From the IMG/VR virus record IMGVR_UViG_3300028864_000016, positions 124,001 to 188,000 of that record: a stretch of 64,000 nucleotides of DNA; one strand, given 5' to 3'. Position numbers and translations under genes: made by a program. The first letter of the stretch is position 1; each line of letters opens with the position of its first letter. The notes under the pieces were generated by a model that did no database searches, was not told where the DNA came from, and saw only the letters and a list, made by a program, of their open reading frames with translations. Of the stretch, positions 30,735 through 41,345 are shown piece after piece.

Positions 30735-31047
30735 TTCTTACACTCCTTTATTTTATTAATTTATTGCTAAACATTTATAATTTTATAATTGTTCTATTTC
30801 TTTATCAATATCTTTTATCCATCTTTCTAGAAATACTACTTGTCCTTTTGCTTTTGACTCTATATTATCATCAAATGCTCCTGCTAATAACAACATAGTC
30901 TTATCTTCTGTTTGCTTCTTGCATTGTTTCAACATCTTTTCAACATAAGCTTTTCTAACTGATAATTCATCTTCTTTTGATAATTTAGCCATATTAAGTT
31001 GTTCACTTTCCATTTATTTTACCTCACTTTATTTAATTAAGCATTTA

Positions 31048-31147
31048 ATATGCTTTATTGGATAGGCTAAACATCGTCAGCTCTACTTTCTAAAAGATTT
31101 ATAACTTTGGGACTTTTCGAGTAGGTTATCTATCCAATAAAACATAT
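31048..31147 (-). ncRNA. Candidate structured RNA (18-bp closing stem) in a long untranslated region
   Basis: 31048-31065 pairs with 31130-31147 (one G-U on the minus strand); inner CUACU/AGUAG and AAAAG/CUUUU helices; strand not certain. Confidence 0.4.
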
Positions 31148-31360
31148 TCTGTTAATTTGTTGTTACTACTTTCTTAGTTTACCATGTTTTTCTTATCTTG
31201 TAAATACCTTATTTCTATTAATTTATTGAGTTAACATAAAACATACTTTTTAACAGGTTTTCTGACTTCTACAACCTAGTGTTTGATCCATTCTTGAAAT
31301 CTGTTAACTTGATAATTATTAGTATTTTCATTAATTTATTATAATTTATCTTTTTTATGT

Positions 31361-31390
31361 AAGTGGTAAGTTTGTTACTTCTTACCACTT
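31361..31390. promoter_or_regulatory. Perfect 10-bp inverted repeat at the predicted transcription start (operator-like)
   Basis: aagtggtaag-10nt-cttaccactt just downstream of a -10 box. Confidence 0.6.
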
Positions 31391-31394
31391 CTTT

Positions 31395-31423
31395 ATTGTA
31401 CTACCTAGAATTTACTTTGTCAA
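31395..31423 (-). promoter_or_regulatory. Sigma-A type promoter
   Basis: TTGACA-17-TACAAT with upstream AATAAATTAAC box. Confidence 0.85.
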
Positions 31424-31438
31424 CATATTTATGTTAAT

Positions 31439-31831
31439 TTATTTCTTATTAGTTTTATAAAAATCTTCATAAGATGCAATATCTATTTCTTTATGATATT
31501 CAATATATTTGCTTGTGTCGGTATTATTATTTATTCTTATAATTTTAGCATCTCCAACAACTATAATGCCATTGTTATTCTGATCTACAAATCTTAATCC
31601 ATCTGATTGACTTTCAGATTCTACATAAACATTCTTTAATATCCAACAATCCATAATAGTTCCACCAGATTCATTAAGTATTACATAGTCAGCCTTATTA
31701 GTAGTAAAGTAACCACCTTTTAATGCATTTCTATTCTCCCAACTAGCAAAACAACCAGTTAAGCTAAAACACATTACTCCTGTAACCATAATTAAACCTA
31801 TTTTCTTTTTAATATTTTTCATGTTATTCAC
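31439..31831 (-). CDS. Lipoprotein
   Basis: Basic N-terminus, hydrophobic stretch, lipobox SLTGC. Confidence 0.75.
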   Translation of the reverse strand: MNNMKNIKKKIGLIMVTGVMCFSLTGCFASWENRNALKGGYFTTNKADYVILNESGGTIMDCWILKNVYVESESQSDGLRFVDQNNNGIIVVGDAKIIRINNNTDTSKYIEYHKEIDIASYEDFYKTNKK

Positions 31832-31877
31832 TCCTTGTTTTATGTATTTATATTAATTTGTTTCTTGGTACATTCTT

Positions 31878-31906
31878 ATATTAACACATACATTTTCCAA
31901 TTGCAA
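31878..31906 (-). promoter_or_regulatory. Sigma-A type promoter for the lipoprotein gene
   Basis: TTGCAA-17-TAATAT. Confidence 0.6.
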
Positions 31907-31937
31907 TACTTTTTTATAAGTAATTCTGTTAATTTAT

Positions 31938-33038
31938 TTAATCATCAAATATAAATCTACTAAACAATACTCCAATACTACATATAATAGTAAAAACAAT
32001 CATAACTCCTGTTGCAAAGCCACTAGTTTCAATATTAATATAGTTAAAATCTGCAAATTGTTTTCTTTCAAACTTTTGCTCTATCAAATTACCAGTATCA
32101 TTTATAGTTGTAGCAAAATTATTAATATCACATTTATCTAACATATAATCTCTTACCTCTGATTTTAATATTTCCACTTCTGACCAACTAAAAGGATAAC
32201 ACCAAGTTACCTTATCATCTCTAATTCCAAAAGTAATTACAAAATCATTCTTATTGCCACCTTGCCAATAATCTTGTAATGCAAAGCCATAGTCCTCAGA
32301 CACATCACCTAAATTTACAAATATAATATTTACTTGCTTATAAGATTTAACTTTGTCTTTATTATTAGGATTATTTGTATCATTTAGTTTTGAATTGACT
32401 TCATTTAATAAATCAATTGATTGTTGTTTGTTCGGAATGTCTCCAATAACTCTATTAATGTTATATTCACTATTAACTTCTTTAGGATAGTTTGGCAAAT
32501 TAGGATAGTCTTTTATATTTATTTCTTTATGTTTATAAATACTATAACTAGCCTGTACTTTATTTTCATATGTATGAATTGAAGCAGTTGGCTTATTAAT
32601 TGGATAATATTCATTTAGTTCTTGTGTTGAATTAACAAAACTATCATTTAACTGCCTTCCATTTGGAATTTGTGATACACTAAATTCTCCATTATCGCTA
32701 GTTTTAATATAGTTTTCTGCATCATGATGCTCCCAATACCCTTCATGATGAATTGTTTTTGTATGGGATTTACCTTTACTATCAGTTTCAGTAACAGTTT
32801 CGTCCCAAGGTTTATGATATTCATCCCATTCTTCTGTATGCTTATTTGATGTTATTTGTCCAGACCATGCTTCTGAACAATCAGTTTGTGACTTGTAATC
32901 AATAAAGGCGACTAACGAATTAATCACTAATATAGCAAGAATTGATAAAGGTATTACAAACCATTTTATATCTAATAAAAATTTACTTATAAGTGCAATT
33001 ATCCCTACAACAACTGCACATATTATAATAGTAGTCAT
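31938..33038 (-). CDS. Membrane protein with probable TPM-like extracytoplasmic domain
   Basis: Two N-terminal and one C-terminal TM helices; VNIIFV..ALQDYWQGGNKNDFVITFG. Confidence 0.6.
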   Translation of the reverse strand: MTTIIICAVVVGIIALISKFLLDIKWFVIPLSILAILVINSLVAFIDYKSQTDCSEAWSGQITSNKHTEEWDEYHKPWDETVTETDSKGKSHTKTIHHEGYWEHHDAENYIKTSDNGEFSVSQIPNGRQLNDSFVNSTQELNEYYPINKPTASIHTYENKVQASYSIYKHKEINIKDYPNLPNYPKEVNSEYNINRVIGDIPNKQQSIDLLNEVNSKLNDTNNPNNKDKVKSYKQVNIIFVNLGDVSEDYGFALQDYWQGGNKNDFVITFGIRDDKVTWCYPFSWSEVEILKSEVRDYMLDKCDINNFATTINDTGNLIEQKFERKQFADFNYINIETSGFATGVMIVFTIICSIGVLFSRFIFDD

Positions 33039-33596
33039 CTATTTATTCTCCTTTCCTGTGAGGTTAATTTCTTCATCCTTTCCATTTTTAAAAGCTTTAT
33101 CTGTTTTATCTGAAGTAACTACATAATCTTTTGCATCTATATCTTTTCTTCCTGTTATCATAGTCATAACTGGCTTCTGTTGAATATATGTATTATATTC
33201 TCTTATTATATCTGCAATTTGTTTTTGGTTATTATCAAATGTCTTCCTATTAGCTGAAATTTCTCTTTGAATTCCTGTATATACTTTAGTATCTAATTGA
33301 GGATTTTGTTCTTTAATTGCTTTAAACAATAAATTTTGGTCTTGATTTCTTCCCTCAATTAATCCAGTATAAACATCTTTAAATTGTTGTGCTTGTATAT
33401 CTGTTACTTGTGTCATTTCTTTTAATGATTTCCACATTGAATCATAATTACTTTGATTTGATACATATTGAGCCTTTATTCTTTCCTCCAATGATACTGC
33501 TGTATTTCTATGACTCCATAATACTCCTCCTGAAATTAATGCAATTAAAAAAATTGTTCCCAATGTCATTCCAAAACCTATTAATACTTTTTTCAC
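33039..33596 (-). CDS. LemA-like membrane-anchored coiled-coil protein
   Basis: N-terminal TM then RNTAVSLEERIKAQ..NQSNY, helical body ending YNTYIQQKP. Confidence 0.6.
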   Translation of the reverse strand: MKKVLIGFGMTLGTIFLIALISGGVLWSHRNTAVSLEERIKAQYVSNQSNYDSMWKSLKEMTQVTDIQAQQFKDVYTGLIEGRNQDQNLLFKAIKEQNPQLDTKVYTGIQREISANRKTFDNNQKQIADIIREYNTYIQQKPVMTMITGRKDIDAKDYVVTSDKTDKAFKNGKDEEINLTGKENK

Positions 33597-34124
33597 TTTA
33601 ATATTCCTTCTTTCAATTTATATTTTAAGTTATAATATATATCCCACATTAACTTGAATTTTACTATTTGTGTTTATCTGTTTAAAATACTCTCTAGTTA
33701 ATTCTTGTTTAATATAATCTTTTGTGCTTAATGATGATTTTATTTTAATATGTATTGGCAGATTGTTTTCTATACATATTGCATCAATAAGTGTATCACC
33801 ATTAATTCTCTTTTCCATTGCCATTCCTGTAATTTTAAATTGTAATTCATTCATAATATTAATTCTCCTTTTATATTTATTTATATTAATTTATTTGTTA
33901 TTCAACTTTAAATTGTTTATTACAGTCATCATATGTAAATTTAATTACTTTTCTAACAATATTATTTTTATCATTTAAATCTACACAATATACATTAACA
34001 ATATCATAATCAACAACAACATATCTCACTTTAAAGTCTGTTTTCGGTTTGTATAATATAATTCCTTTTCTCATTGACATATAATCCATAGTACAATCTC
34101 TCCTTTTTTATTATTTATCTTTAC

Positions 34125-34162
34125 ATTAATTTGTTTAACTTCCAATAAAAGACATCTTTTAA
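34125..34162 (-). repeat. Copy of the dispersed intergenic element
   Basis: attaatttgtttaacttccaataaaagacatcttttaa. Confidence 0.8.
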
Positions 34163-34217
34163 AGGCTTATGTACAGGTTACAGACTAGCTATATACCCAT
34201 TCCTAAATTTAATTTTT

Positions 34218-35948
34218 TTACTTTACTATGTATTTCTTAAATAATTCTTTAAATATGTAATATAAACAATTAACTACAATACTGTTCCCTGCTTCTTTGT
34301 ATAACGCTGAATCTGAAATTCCTAATTCTTTTGCTCTATCAAAACATTCATCTCTAAATCCCATCAGTCTCCAACATTCTTTGGGAGTAAGTTTTCTTAT
34401 TCTGATATTATCACCTTTTTCAATAATTCCAGTTCTTTGTGAGTGATTATCTGGAAAATTTCCATATCTAGTATCTAAGCATGTACACATTCCATCTTCT
34501 CTTTCTTTTAAAACTCCTCTGTTATTAACAAAAGGAATTTTATTTATTTCTTTTATTAAAATTTGTTTCGGTTGTTTATAATCTGTAGCCGTTAAAGAAC
34601 CCATAATGCCTTTATCTCCATATACTAAATCTCTTTCACCAAATCTAGTACAATTATCTCCTTTTGTTGTTCCTATTTGGTTTAATTCATTTCTGTCAAT
34701 ATCTTCTTTTCCGTTTAATTTAAATCTATCTTGAATTTCTTGTGATAAATAATATTTTTCGTCCACTTCATCTTCTAGAAAATCTTTTAATCTCAATCCA
34801 CTATCAAATCCTTCAGGAAAATTAAATAACCCATCATCTATATCATGTCTAACACAGATAACAAATATTCTTTCTCTGTTTTGTGCTATACCATAATCTT
34901 TCGCATTTAAACAAGTAGGTTGTCCATTATCTTTTTTAGGATAATAACATTTATAACCATAAGATTCTATTTCGCTTACTATATCATTAAAGTCATCTAT
35001 AAATTTCTTTTGAATTAATGCTTTAACATTTTCTATCATTATGTACTTCGGTTTTTTGGCTTTAATAACTTCGATGCCATATTTAACTAAACCACTTCTT
35101 GTCGGTGTCCCATCTTCATTAGTTAATCCTTTTTGTTGTCCAGCTCCAGATATATCAGTACAAGGAAATGAAAAATTAAACAAATCAAAATCTATCATAT
35201 TATCATAATCTAATTGACTTACATCTCCTAGGTTATTTAAAAGTATTGTGGCTTTATAAACTTTATATAATTTATCCTTCTTTAATCTAGGGATACTAGA
35301 TTTTTGTTTTATAAAATCCCAACCTACATTTCTACTCATTAACAGTTTTCTCATTTCATCTTCTGAAGGATATTCAAAATCTAAAGTATTAGTTTTATTT
35401 ATATGTATTCCTGCATAAGAAATTATTGCATCTATATCAATTTCAGACATTCCTACTATTTCCGTGGGTACTCCAAGTTCTTTTAAAGATTGATGTAGTG
35501 ATCCAATCCCAGCAAAACTATCAAAAAGCTTAATCTTATCCATTTTAAAATTATATTTTGTAAAATTATTTGTAAATTCTTTCATTGTTATATTACCACC
35601 TTCATTATTTATTTGTATTTTGGGTTCTGTTCCTCCACCACTACCTATTCCATGTAATGTAGGGCTTAATCCTTGGTCTGAATAAACTCTTCTTCTTGAT
35701 TCAAAACCCTTGCCATCTATCATACCTACTTGTATTAATTCATTCATTTCTATTATCACTCCTTGATTAAAACTACAAGTTAAAGTTTGTGCAATTTGAT
35801 GTCCAATTCTACCACGCCTAGTTTTACTATTAGGTTGTTCAAAATTAATTGCATCTCCATCAACTCCAATTGCATAACCTTGTTTTGTAGCTTCTCTTAC
35901 TCTAATATGGTCTTTATGTATTTCTATGAAGTTATCTATTGATATCAC
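34218..35948 (-). CDS. C5-cytosine DNA methyltransferase with ~120-aa N-terminal TRD-like extension
   Basis: FDSFAGIG (I), FSFPCTDIS (IV), IENVK (VI), QNRERIF (VIII), RKLTPKECWRLMGF (IX), YKEAGNSIVV (X). Confidence 0.95.
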   Translation of the reverse strand: MISIDNFIEIHKDHIRVREATKQGYAIGVDGDAINFEQPNSKTRRGRIGHQIAQTLTCSFNQGVIIEMNELIQVGMIDGKGFESRRRVYSDQGLSPTLHGIGSGGGTEPKIQINNEGGNITMKEFTNNFTKYNFKMDKIKLFDSFAGIGSLHQSLKELGVPTEIVGMSEIDIDAIISYAGIHINKTNTLDFEYPSEDEMRKLLMSRNVGWDFIKQKSSIPRLKKDKLYKVYKATILLNNLGDVSQLDYDNMIDFDLFNFSFPCTDISGAGQQKGLTNEDGTPTRSGLVKYGIEVIKAKKPKYIMIENVKALIQKKFIDDFNDIVSEIESYGYKCYYPKKDNGQPTCLNAKDYGIAQNRERIFVICVRHDIDDGLFNFPEGFDSGLRLKDFLEDEVDEKYYLSQEIQDRFKLNGKEDIDRNELNQIGTTKGDNCTRFGERDLVYGDKGIMGSLTATDYKQPKQILIKEINKIPFVNNRGVLKEREDGMCTCLDTRYGNFPDNHSQRTGIIEKGDNIRIRKLTPKECWRLMGFRDECFDRAKELGISDSALYKEAGNSIVVNCLYYIFKELFKKYIVK

Positions 35949-36048
35949 TTCCTTTTCATTTTATATAATTTATTAAAAAGCAGATAAAACTAATATTTTA
36001 ACTGCTTGTACAAGTCTGTAAACCCAGTCATAGAGCCATTCTTAAATT

Positions 36049-36822
36049 TTACTTTTTAGCATTTTTCACTAAATCATAGATATCTAGTCCATACTTTTTA
36101 CATGCTGGCTTCAATAAATCATTAATATTGTCTTTAACAGTTCCTTTTGATATTTCTCCATTTTTATTAAAGAAATCTTCAGCACTTTTAATTAATTCAT
36201 CTATAGTCATCCAATATTCTTCATTACATTCACAAATTGGTGCATTATATAACTTAATTAAATCAAGTGCAATTTCTAATCTACGTCTTGTTTCTCTAGT
36301 TATATCCCACTTATAATAATTCTGTAAGTAATATTCTTGTGCAATCCCTCCAAACTTTCTACTCATAGCTTTTAAATCACAAACCATAAATCTTATGTAT
36401 TTCATAGGCATATTTTGTCTAGCCCAATGTTCAGGATGGTGTTTATTATTTTTATAATGATGTTCCCATGCTTTATCAAACTTTCTCTTTATTTCTAAAT
36501 AAGAATTACTTAAACATGATTTACCATTGTTTAGAGCTTCATAATCCCAATTCTTTTCTAATTCAGCACAACTCATTCCGTAACAACAATTGCCATAAAA
36601 ATATTTAGCATAAGGAATAAATTCACAAGATAAGAATTTACTTAAATCATGTGTAAAAGCATGTATAAATAACTCTCTAGCTATTTTTCTATTGTTATTT
36701 CTCCAATAAGGTTCATTCCAATATTGTTTTGCTAAATTCATACATTCAATAAATACATTTTTCTTATGTTCTAGTACGTATTTTAAATATTTATAATACA
36801 TTTTATTTCTCCTCCAATTCAT
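36049..36822 (-). CDS. HD-fold putative phosphohydrolase (DUF5662-like)
   Basis: HKKNV, HDLSKF, AWEHHYKNNKHHPEHW. Confidence 0.75.
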   Translation of the reverse strand: MNWRRNKMYYKYLKYVLEHKKNVFIECMNLAKQYWNEPYWRNNNRKIARELFIHAFTHDLSKFLSCEFIPYAKYFYGNCCYGMSCAELEKNWDYEALNNGKSCLSNSYLEIKRKFDKAWEHHYKNNKHHPEHWARQNMPMKYIRFMVCDLKAMSRKFGGIAQEYYLQNYYKWDITRETRRRLEIALDLIKLYNAPICECNEEYWMTIDELIKSAEDFFNKNGEISKGTVKDNINDLLKPACKKYGLDIYDLVKNAKK

Positions 36823-37606
36823 ACATTTTATTTAAAATAGTTTGATAATGACAAGAACTTTCTAATGTAACTTTATTACTATTCATTGTTGATTGAATAA
36901 ACTCTTTTAAAGTAACCCATTTTGAATTTTTATTAGTAAAATTTGATATATCTATTTTACTTGGATCATTTGTTATATTCACAATTGCTCACATCCTTTT
37001 TAGTGTTTTATATTACTTTTGCAATTTAATAATTTCTAGCACTTTAGTTTTTGCGTCTATTTCAGAAAGTTGTGTATTATAATTAAATTGTTCGTCTTTC
37101 AAAACAAACAACATTTCAGCCCAGCTAAGTCCTCCACGGCTTGCTAACCTTTCTAATGTTTGTCCACAATGATTTATAATTGCCTGTTTTTCATGTGGTT
37201 TTATTATATCTAATTCAATATATTCTTTTGAATTTGTACCAAGTATCGGGAATTTATTCACCTTTTATTTCACTCCTTCTAAAATATTCCTTTTATAAAA
37301 ACTCTCCAGTAACCACATTAAATCCTATTTCTTTAGTTATGTTATAATTCGTTTTTAAACAATAGTCATCAAGACTTAGTTCCTCATCATCTAATGTCCA
37401 TTCCAATGTTCTAATTAACATTATACATGGAGCTAGAAAAAGACCTTTTTCTTCTTTACTGAATTCTGCATCATTTTTCAAACCTCCTACCAATTCTTTC
37501 ATACTTTTTAAATAATCACTTTTATATTTTTCAATTATTTCTTGAGATTTCATTTGCAATTCCTCCTATTTATTTTAATTTGTTAACTTACCATAAAAAC
37601 ATTATT

Positions 37607-37924
37607 CTATCGTGTTTTTAGTCTCATATTTAGACCAACTTTTTGTAATACATCTTGAACCTTATTTGAATTAAGCATTTGAGTCTTTTCTAATGATTCA
37701 CAGAAATCTTCAAATGTAGCCAACTTATCTAATGGATTCATTTCTGTTATATATTTTGGTTTAAATATATGTAATCCCTTATCTGATTTAACGATTATTT
37801 GTTGTTGTGTAAAATTTATAATTATGCCTTTCTTAATATAATAAGTATCTCTTGCGTCATTTTCATATGTAATTTTATAACTTTGTCCCTCTTTTATTCC
37901 ATATTCTTTATCTAAAAAATTCAT
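37607..37924 (-). CDS. Hypothetical protein
   Basis: 105-aa ORF; stop overlaps a repeat-element copy. Confidence 0.6.
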   Translation of the reverse strand: MNFLDKEYGIKEGQSYKITYENDARDTYYIKKGIIINFTQQQIIVKSDKGLHIFKPKYITEMNPLDKLATFEDFCESLEKTQMLNSNKVQDVLQKVGLNMRLKTR

Positions 37925-37990
37925 TTTGTCATTCTCCTTTATTATTTAATATTCTTTATAATTTGTTTAACTTCGATCAAATTCAAGACT

Positions 37991-38443
37991 TTAAAGTAAT
38001 TTATCCACTTCACATACTGGATTTTTCATATCTAAATCACTAATAGAATATACATATCCATTAAACGCTAAATGCTTATAATTAATACTATCTGCAACCA
38101 ATCTGCATTCTGAATAATCTCTTCCTAGAATTTTGCAACTATCAAAAACATCTCTCCAATGAATATTAACTAATTTCTTATTTTTATCTTCTATATAATC
38201 AATAAATCCCCCATATGCAATATCTAAAATATCTATACTACTATCAACTTTAGTTCCATCTTCTAATACTGCGAAAGTTCTATTCATTTGAGGATTACAA
38301 TAATAATATTTTATTTGTAACCATTTTGTATTTTCATTACCTATTCCTCCGCTTGTTAATCTATAATTATGAGGATATTTTTGTATAATCTTTTTTCTAT
38401 CTTTTAAAGCTTGTATTATTTCTTCGTAAGTCTTATATTCCAT
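37991..38443 (-). CDS. Hypothetical protein
   Basis: 150-aa ORF; stop overlaps a repeat-element copy. Confidence 0.65.
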   Translation of the reverse strand: MEYKTYEEIIQALKDRKKIIQKYPHNYRLTSGGIGNENTKWLQIKYYYCNPQMNRTFAVLEDGTKVDSSIDILDIAYGGFIDYIEDKNKKLVNIHWRDVFDSCKILGRDYSECRLVADSINYKHLAFNGYVYSISDLDMKNPVCEVDKLL

Positions 38444-38504
38444 ATTAATTCACTCCTTAATTTATTTTAATTTCTGCATAAAATTTCCATTTTAAGACAA
38501 TTTT

Positions 38505-39047
38505 CTATAATAAATTTGCTAAAATTTTAATTATATTTTTTAATTCTTTTATCTGATTATTTAATTTTGAATTTATTGCATTATCTATATCATTTTCTTC
38601 TTGCATTCTCATAATTTCTTTTTCTCTATTGGTCAATATATTATTTAGATCATCTTCTTTCTTAGCTTGTTCCATTGATTTATATTCTAATTCTGATATG
38701 TATGATTTTTGTTTATCTATATCATTTTCTAGTTTTTGTCTAAAATTACCTAATGATATATTTGCTAGTTTATATTCTTTATTTTCTTCTTCTAATGTAT
38801 CAATGTTATTTTTAGCATTAGTAAACCATTCATCTAATTGTCTTTTATCATCTTTTAATATCTCATTTTCTTTTTCAAGCCTAAAACATTCTAATTCATA
38901 ATCTGTTCCAGCAGGATATTGATTACCACATATTTTACTATCTGTACATTTTCCTTTTTTATTTTTAGGACATTTTTCGCTTTCTTGGTAACAGGTTTTA
39001 TTTTCCTTATCTATTGCATATTGTAATTGTTCTTCTGCATAATTCAT
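38505..39047 (-). CDS. Coiled-coil hypothetical protein with N-terminal Cys cluster
   Basis: CxxxSxKCxxxxxxxCxxxxxC then heptad-rich region. Confidence 0.65.
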   Translation of the reverse strand: MNYAEEQLQYAIDKENKTCYQESEKCPKNKKGKCTDSKICGNQYPAGTDYELECFRLEKENEILKDDKRQLDEWFTNAKNNIDTLEEENKEYKLANISLGNFRQKLENDIDKQKSYISELEYKSMEQAKKEDDLNNILTNREKEIMRMQEENDIDNAINSKLNNQIKELKNIIKILANLL

Positions 39048-39417
39048 AAATTTTACCTCTCTTTTTATTAATTTATTAAAATATATTATTCAAATTCCCA
39101 TCCATTTAAAATACAATTTTCCAACCCTTTTAATATGTATATAGCCCTATGTACTAATACCTCTTTAGCAAAAGCTTGACTCATAGGAATATCCCCTAAG
39201 TTGTTTTCTTGCTCATATTTTTGCTTCTCCCACATGATGTTTCTTCCATAATCTCTCGTATGTATTCTATTGATAATTTGCCATATGTATCCTTGGTCTT
39301 GTTTATATTTATCACAGAACTCTTCTATTCTCTCTTGAAGAAATTCTCCACTACACATTGTCATATCAACACCTCCATTTTTATTATTATTTATCTTAAT
39401 TTATTACCTTTAAGATT

Positions 39418-39446
39418 ATCTTACTACTTGTGCTAATTACTGTCAA
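39418..39446 (-). promoter_or_regulatory. Sigma-A type promoter
   Basis: TTGACA-17-TAAGAT with upstream AACAAATTAATGGAAA box. Confidence 0.85.
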
Positions 39447-40049
39447 CACTTATTTCCATTAATTTGTTTGTTTATATTTCATCCATATTATAGTCCTCTC
39501 TAATATAATCTATTAAATCATTAATAGTTTCCTTAATATGTTCATCATCTCTTAAAATAGGATGAATTTTAGCCATACATGAACCTTTTGCTCCTTCTGA
39601 TTTATATTTCTTATAGTTAAAATCTACCCACAACAAGGGCATTTTTGTTAGGTTTTTAGTTAATAATCTTTGTAATAGTTTCATTTATTTTTCACTCCAA
39701 TCTTTTAAAATTAAATTTTTATCTACTTGTCTATAAAATATTATTCGTTTAAAATTTTATTAATATATGGACTTTTGGTATGTTTAGTTCCATCTATTTT
39801 ATCAGCCACACATGAAAAAGCTTCAAATATTCCATCCCTATATCCCTGTACATATAACTTTTTATCATTTTCTAAAATTAATAGTTTGTCACAAACTTTT
39901 TCAAATTCATTTTCAAATTTGTGTAACAGTTCTTTTAATGATTCATTCTCATTCATTTTTTATTTCATCCTTTCTTAATTCATTTTCAGTTAAACCTAAA
40001 GTTTTATATGCTTGTACTATTTCTAATTTAGGGCAGTATGCCCTATAAC

Positions 40050-40430
40050 TTAAACATCCTTTTTCAATGGATAAATACTTGATAAAATAGACATATCTTT
40101 TTTTAATGCTTCAATAATAAAGTCATCACATTCTATAATACTTTTGAGAGATTCTTGATTCTCCAATTTTGACATATTTCTTTTATGTTTTTGTAAATCA
40201 GCTATTTTATGTTTTATACACACTGTACCATTATCTATTGCATTAAATAAATCTACATATATTCCATAAGGAATATAGACCAATGCTCCATTCGATTCAA
40301 ATGATTCAACAGTTAAACCACCATTTTTATACTTATTCATATCTTGAATACCAATATTAGGTCTTTTATCAATGGGTATAGATTTCATATCTATTAAATC
40401 TTCTTCATAATTTTCTTCACTATTCAACAC
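40050..40430 (-). CDS. Hypothetical protein
   Basis: 126-aa ORF. Confidence 0.6.
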   Translation of the reverse strand: MLNSEENYEEDLIDMKSIPIDKRPNIGIQDMNKYKNGGLTVESFESNGALVYIPYGIYVDLFNAIDNGTVCIKHKIADLQKHKRNMSKLENQESLKSIIECDDFIIEALKKDMSILSSIYPLKKDV

Positions 40431-41066
40431 TATATCACCTTCTCAATCTTATATTCACCTAAATATTTAAATCCTTTTCTTGCCATTAATGCATATTCGC
40501 CCTCTTTATCTGCTGATAAATCAAGTTCATATACAGATGAAATATAAGGTTCTATAGCTTTTGTTATAGCTTTTAAGTCAATAGTATCCGTCTTTATTTC
40601 AAATGATTCATTATTGATTCCAATATTTTTAAAACTTATCTTATACATCTAGTAACACCCCTTTAAATATATTATTTAATAGTGTTACCATAACATGAAA
40701 GATATATACTTATGACCAAATAAAAGTAATAATTTGTTTAAATATTGAACACACCAAAATAACAACCATCTAAAATTTTTGAAGTTTTATATGTAATAGA
40801 ACCATCCAACTCATAAATAACCTTTTCTATAGTTTCTTCACTTCCATCTATATTTACACAACTACCTTCTTTAAATTCTAAACTCCCTACTTCATGTTCA
40901 TAGAATTTCTCCCATTTATCTATTTTTAACATTGGAATAGGAATTCTAGAAATTTTGCTTGCCTCCTCATTAATAGAAGTATATTTTCCTAAAAACACTG
41001 CTTTCATAATATTAATCCCCTTTCATTATTTATTAACTCTTTGTAAAAGAAGTAATTGATTGACTT

Positions 41067-41345
41067 TTACATTTCCCAACTACCATATGCCCAGTATCCT
41101 AATTTTTGACCACAACACTTGCACTTAACACCATATTCAATACAATAATGTTCTTCATGATATTGTCCATAGTCTTCTAATTCTTTAGAATTACACTTGT
41201 GACATTTTAGTGGTGATCCATCGTTATCAATATAACCTTTCTTTATATCTCTCCATATGTAGTATCTATGTCTTATATCACTAGTTTTGTATTTAATTCT
41301 TTTAAATATATTAGGCTTTAATAATTTATCCCAATCACTTTTCAT
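41067..41345 (-). CDS. Zinc-ribbon hypothetical protein
   Basis: CHKC and CKCCG. Confidence 0.6.
   Translation of the reverse strand: MKSDWDKLLKPNIFKRIKYKTSDIRHRYYIWRDIKKGYIDNDGSPLKCHKCNSKELEDYGQYHEEHYCIEYGVKCKCCGQKLGYWAYGSWEM

Noticed and set aside
31066-31129. Hammerhead ribozyme (CUGACGA and CGAAA present on the minus strand)
   Set aside because: Stems I and II cannot be formed in the required positions around the core
31066-31129. c-di-GMP-I riboswitch
   Set aside because: AACC..GAAA..AAAG resemblance only; the GGACGC segment and P2 pairing are missing
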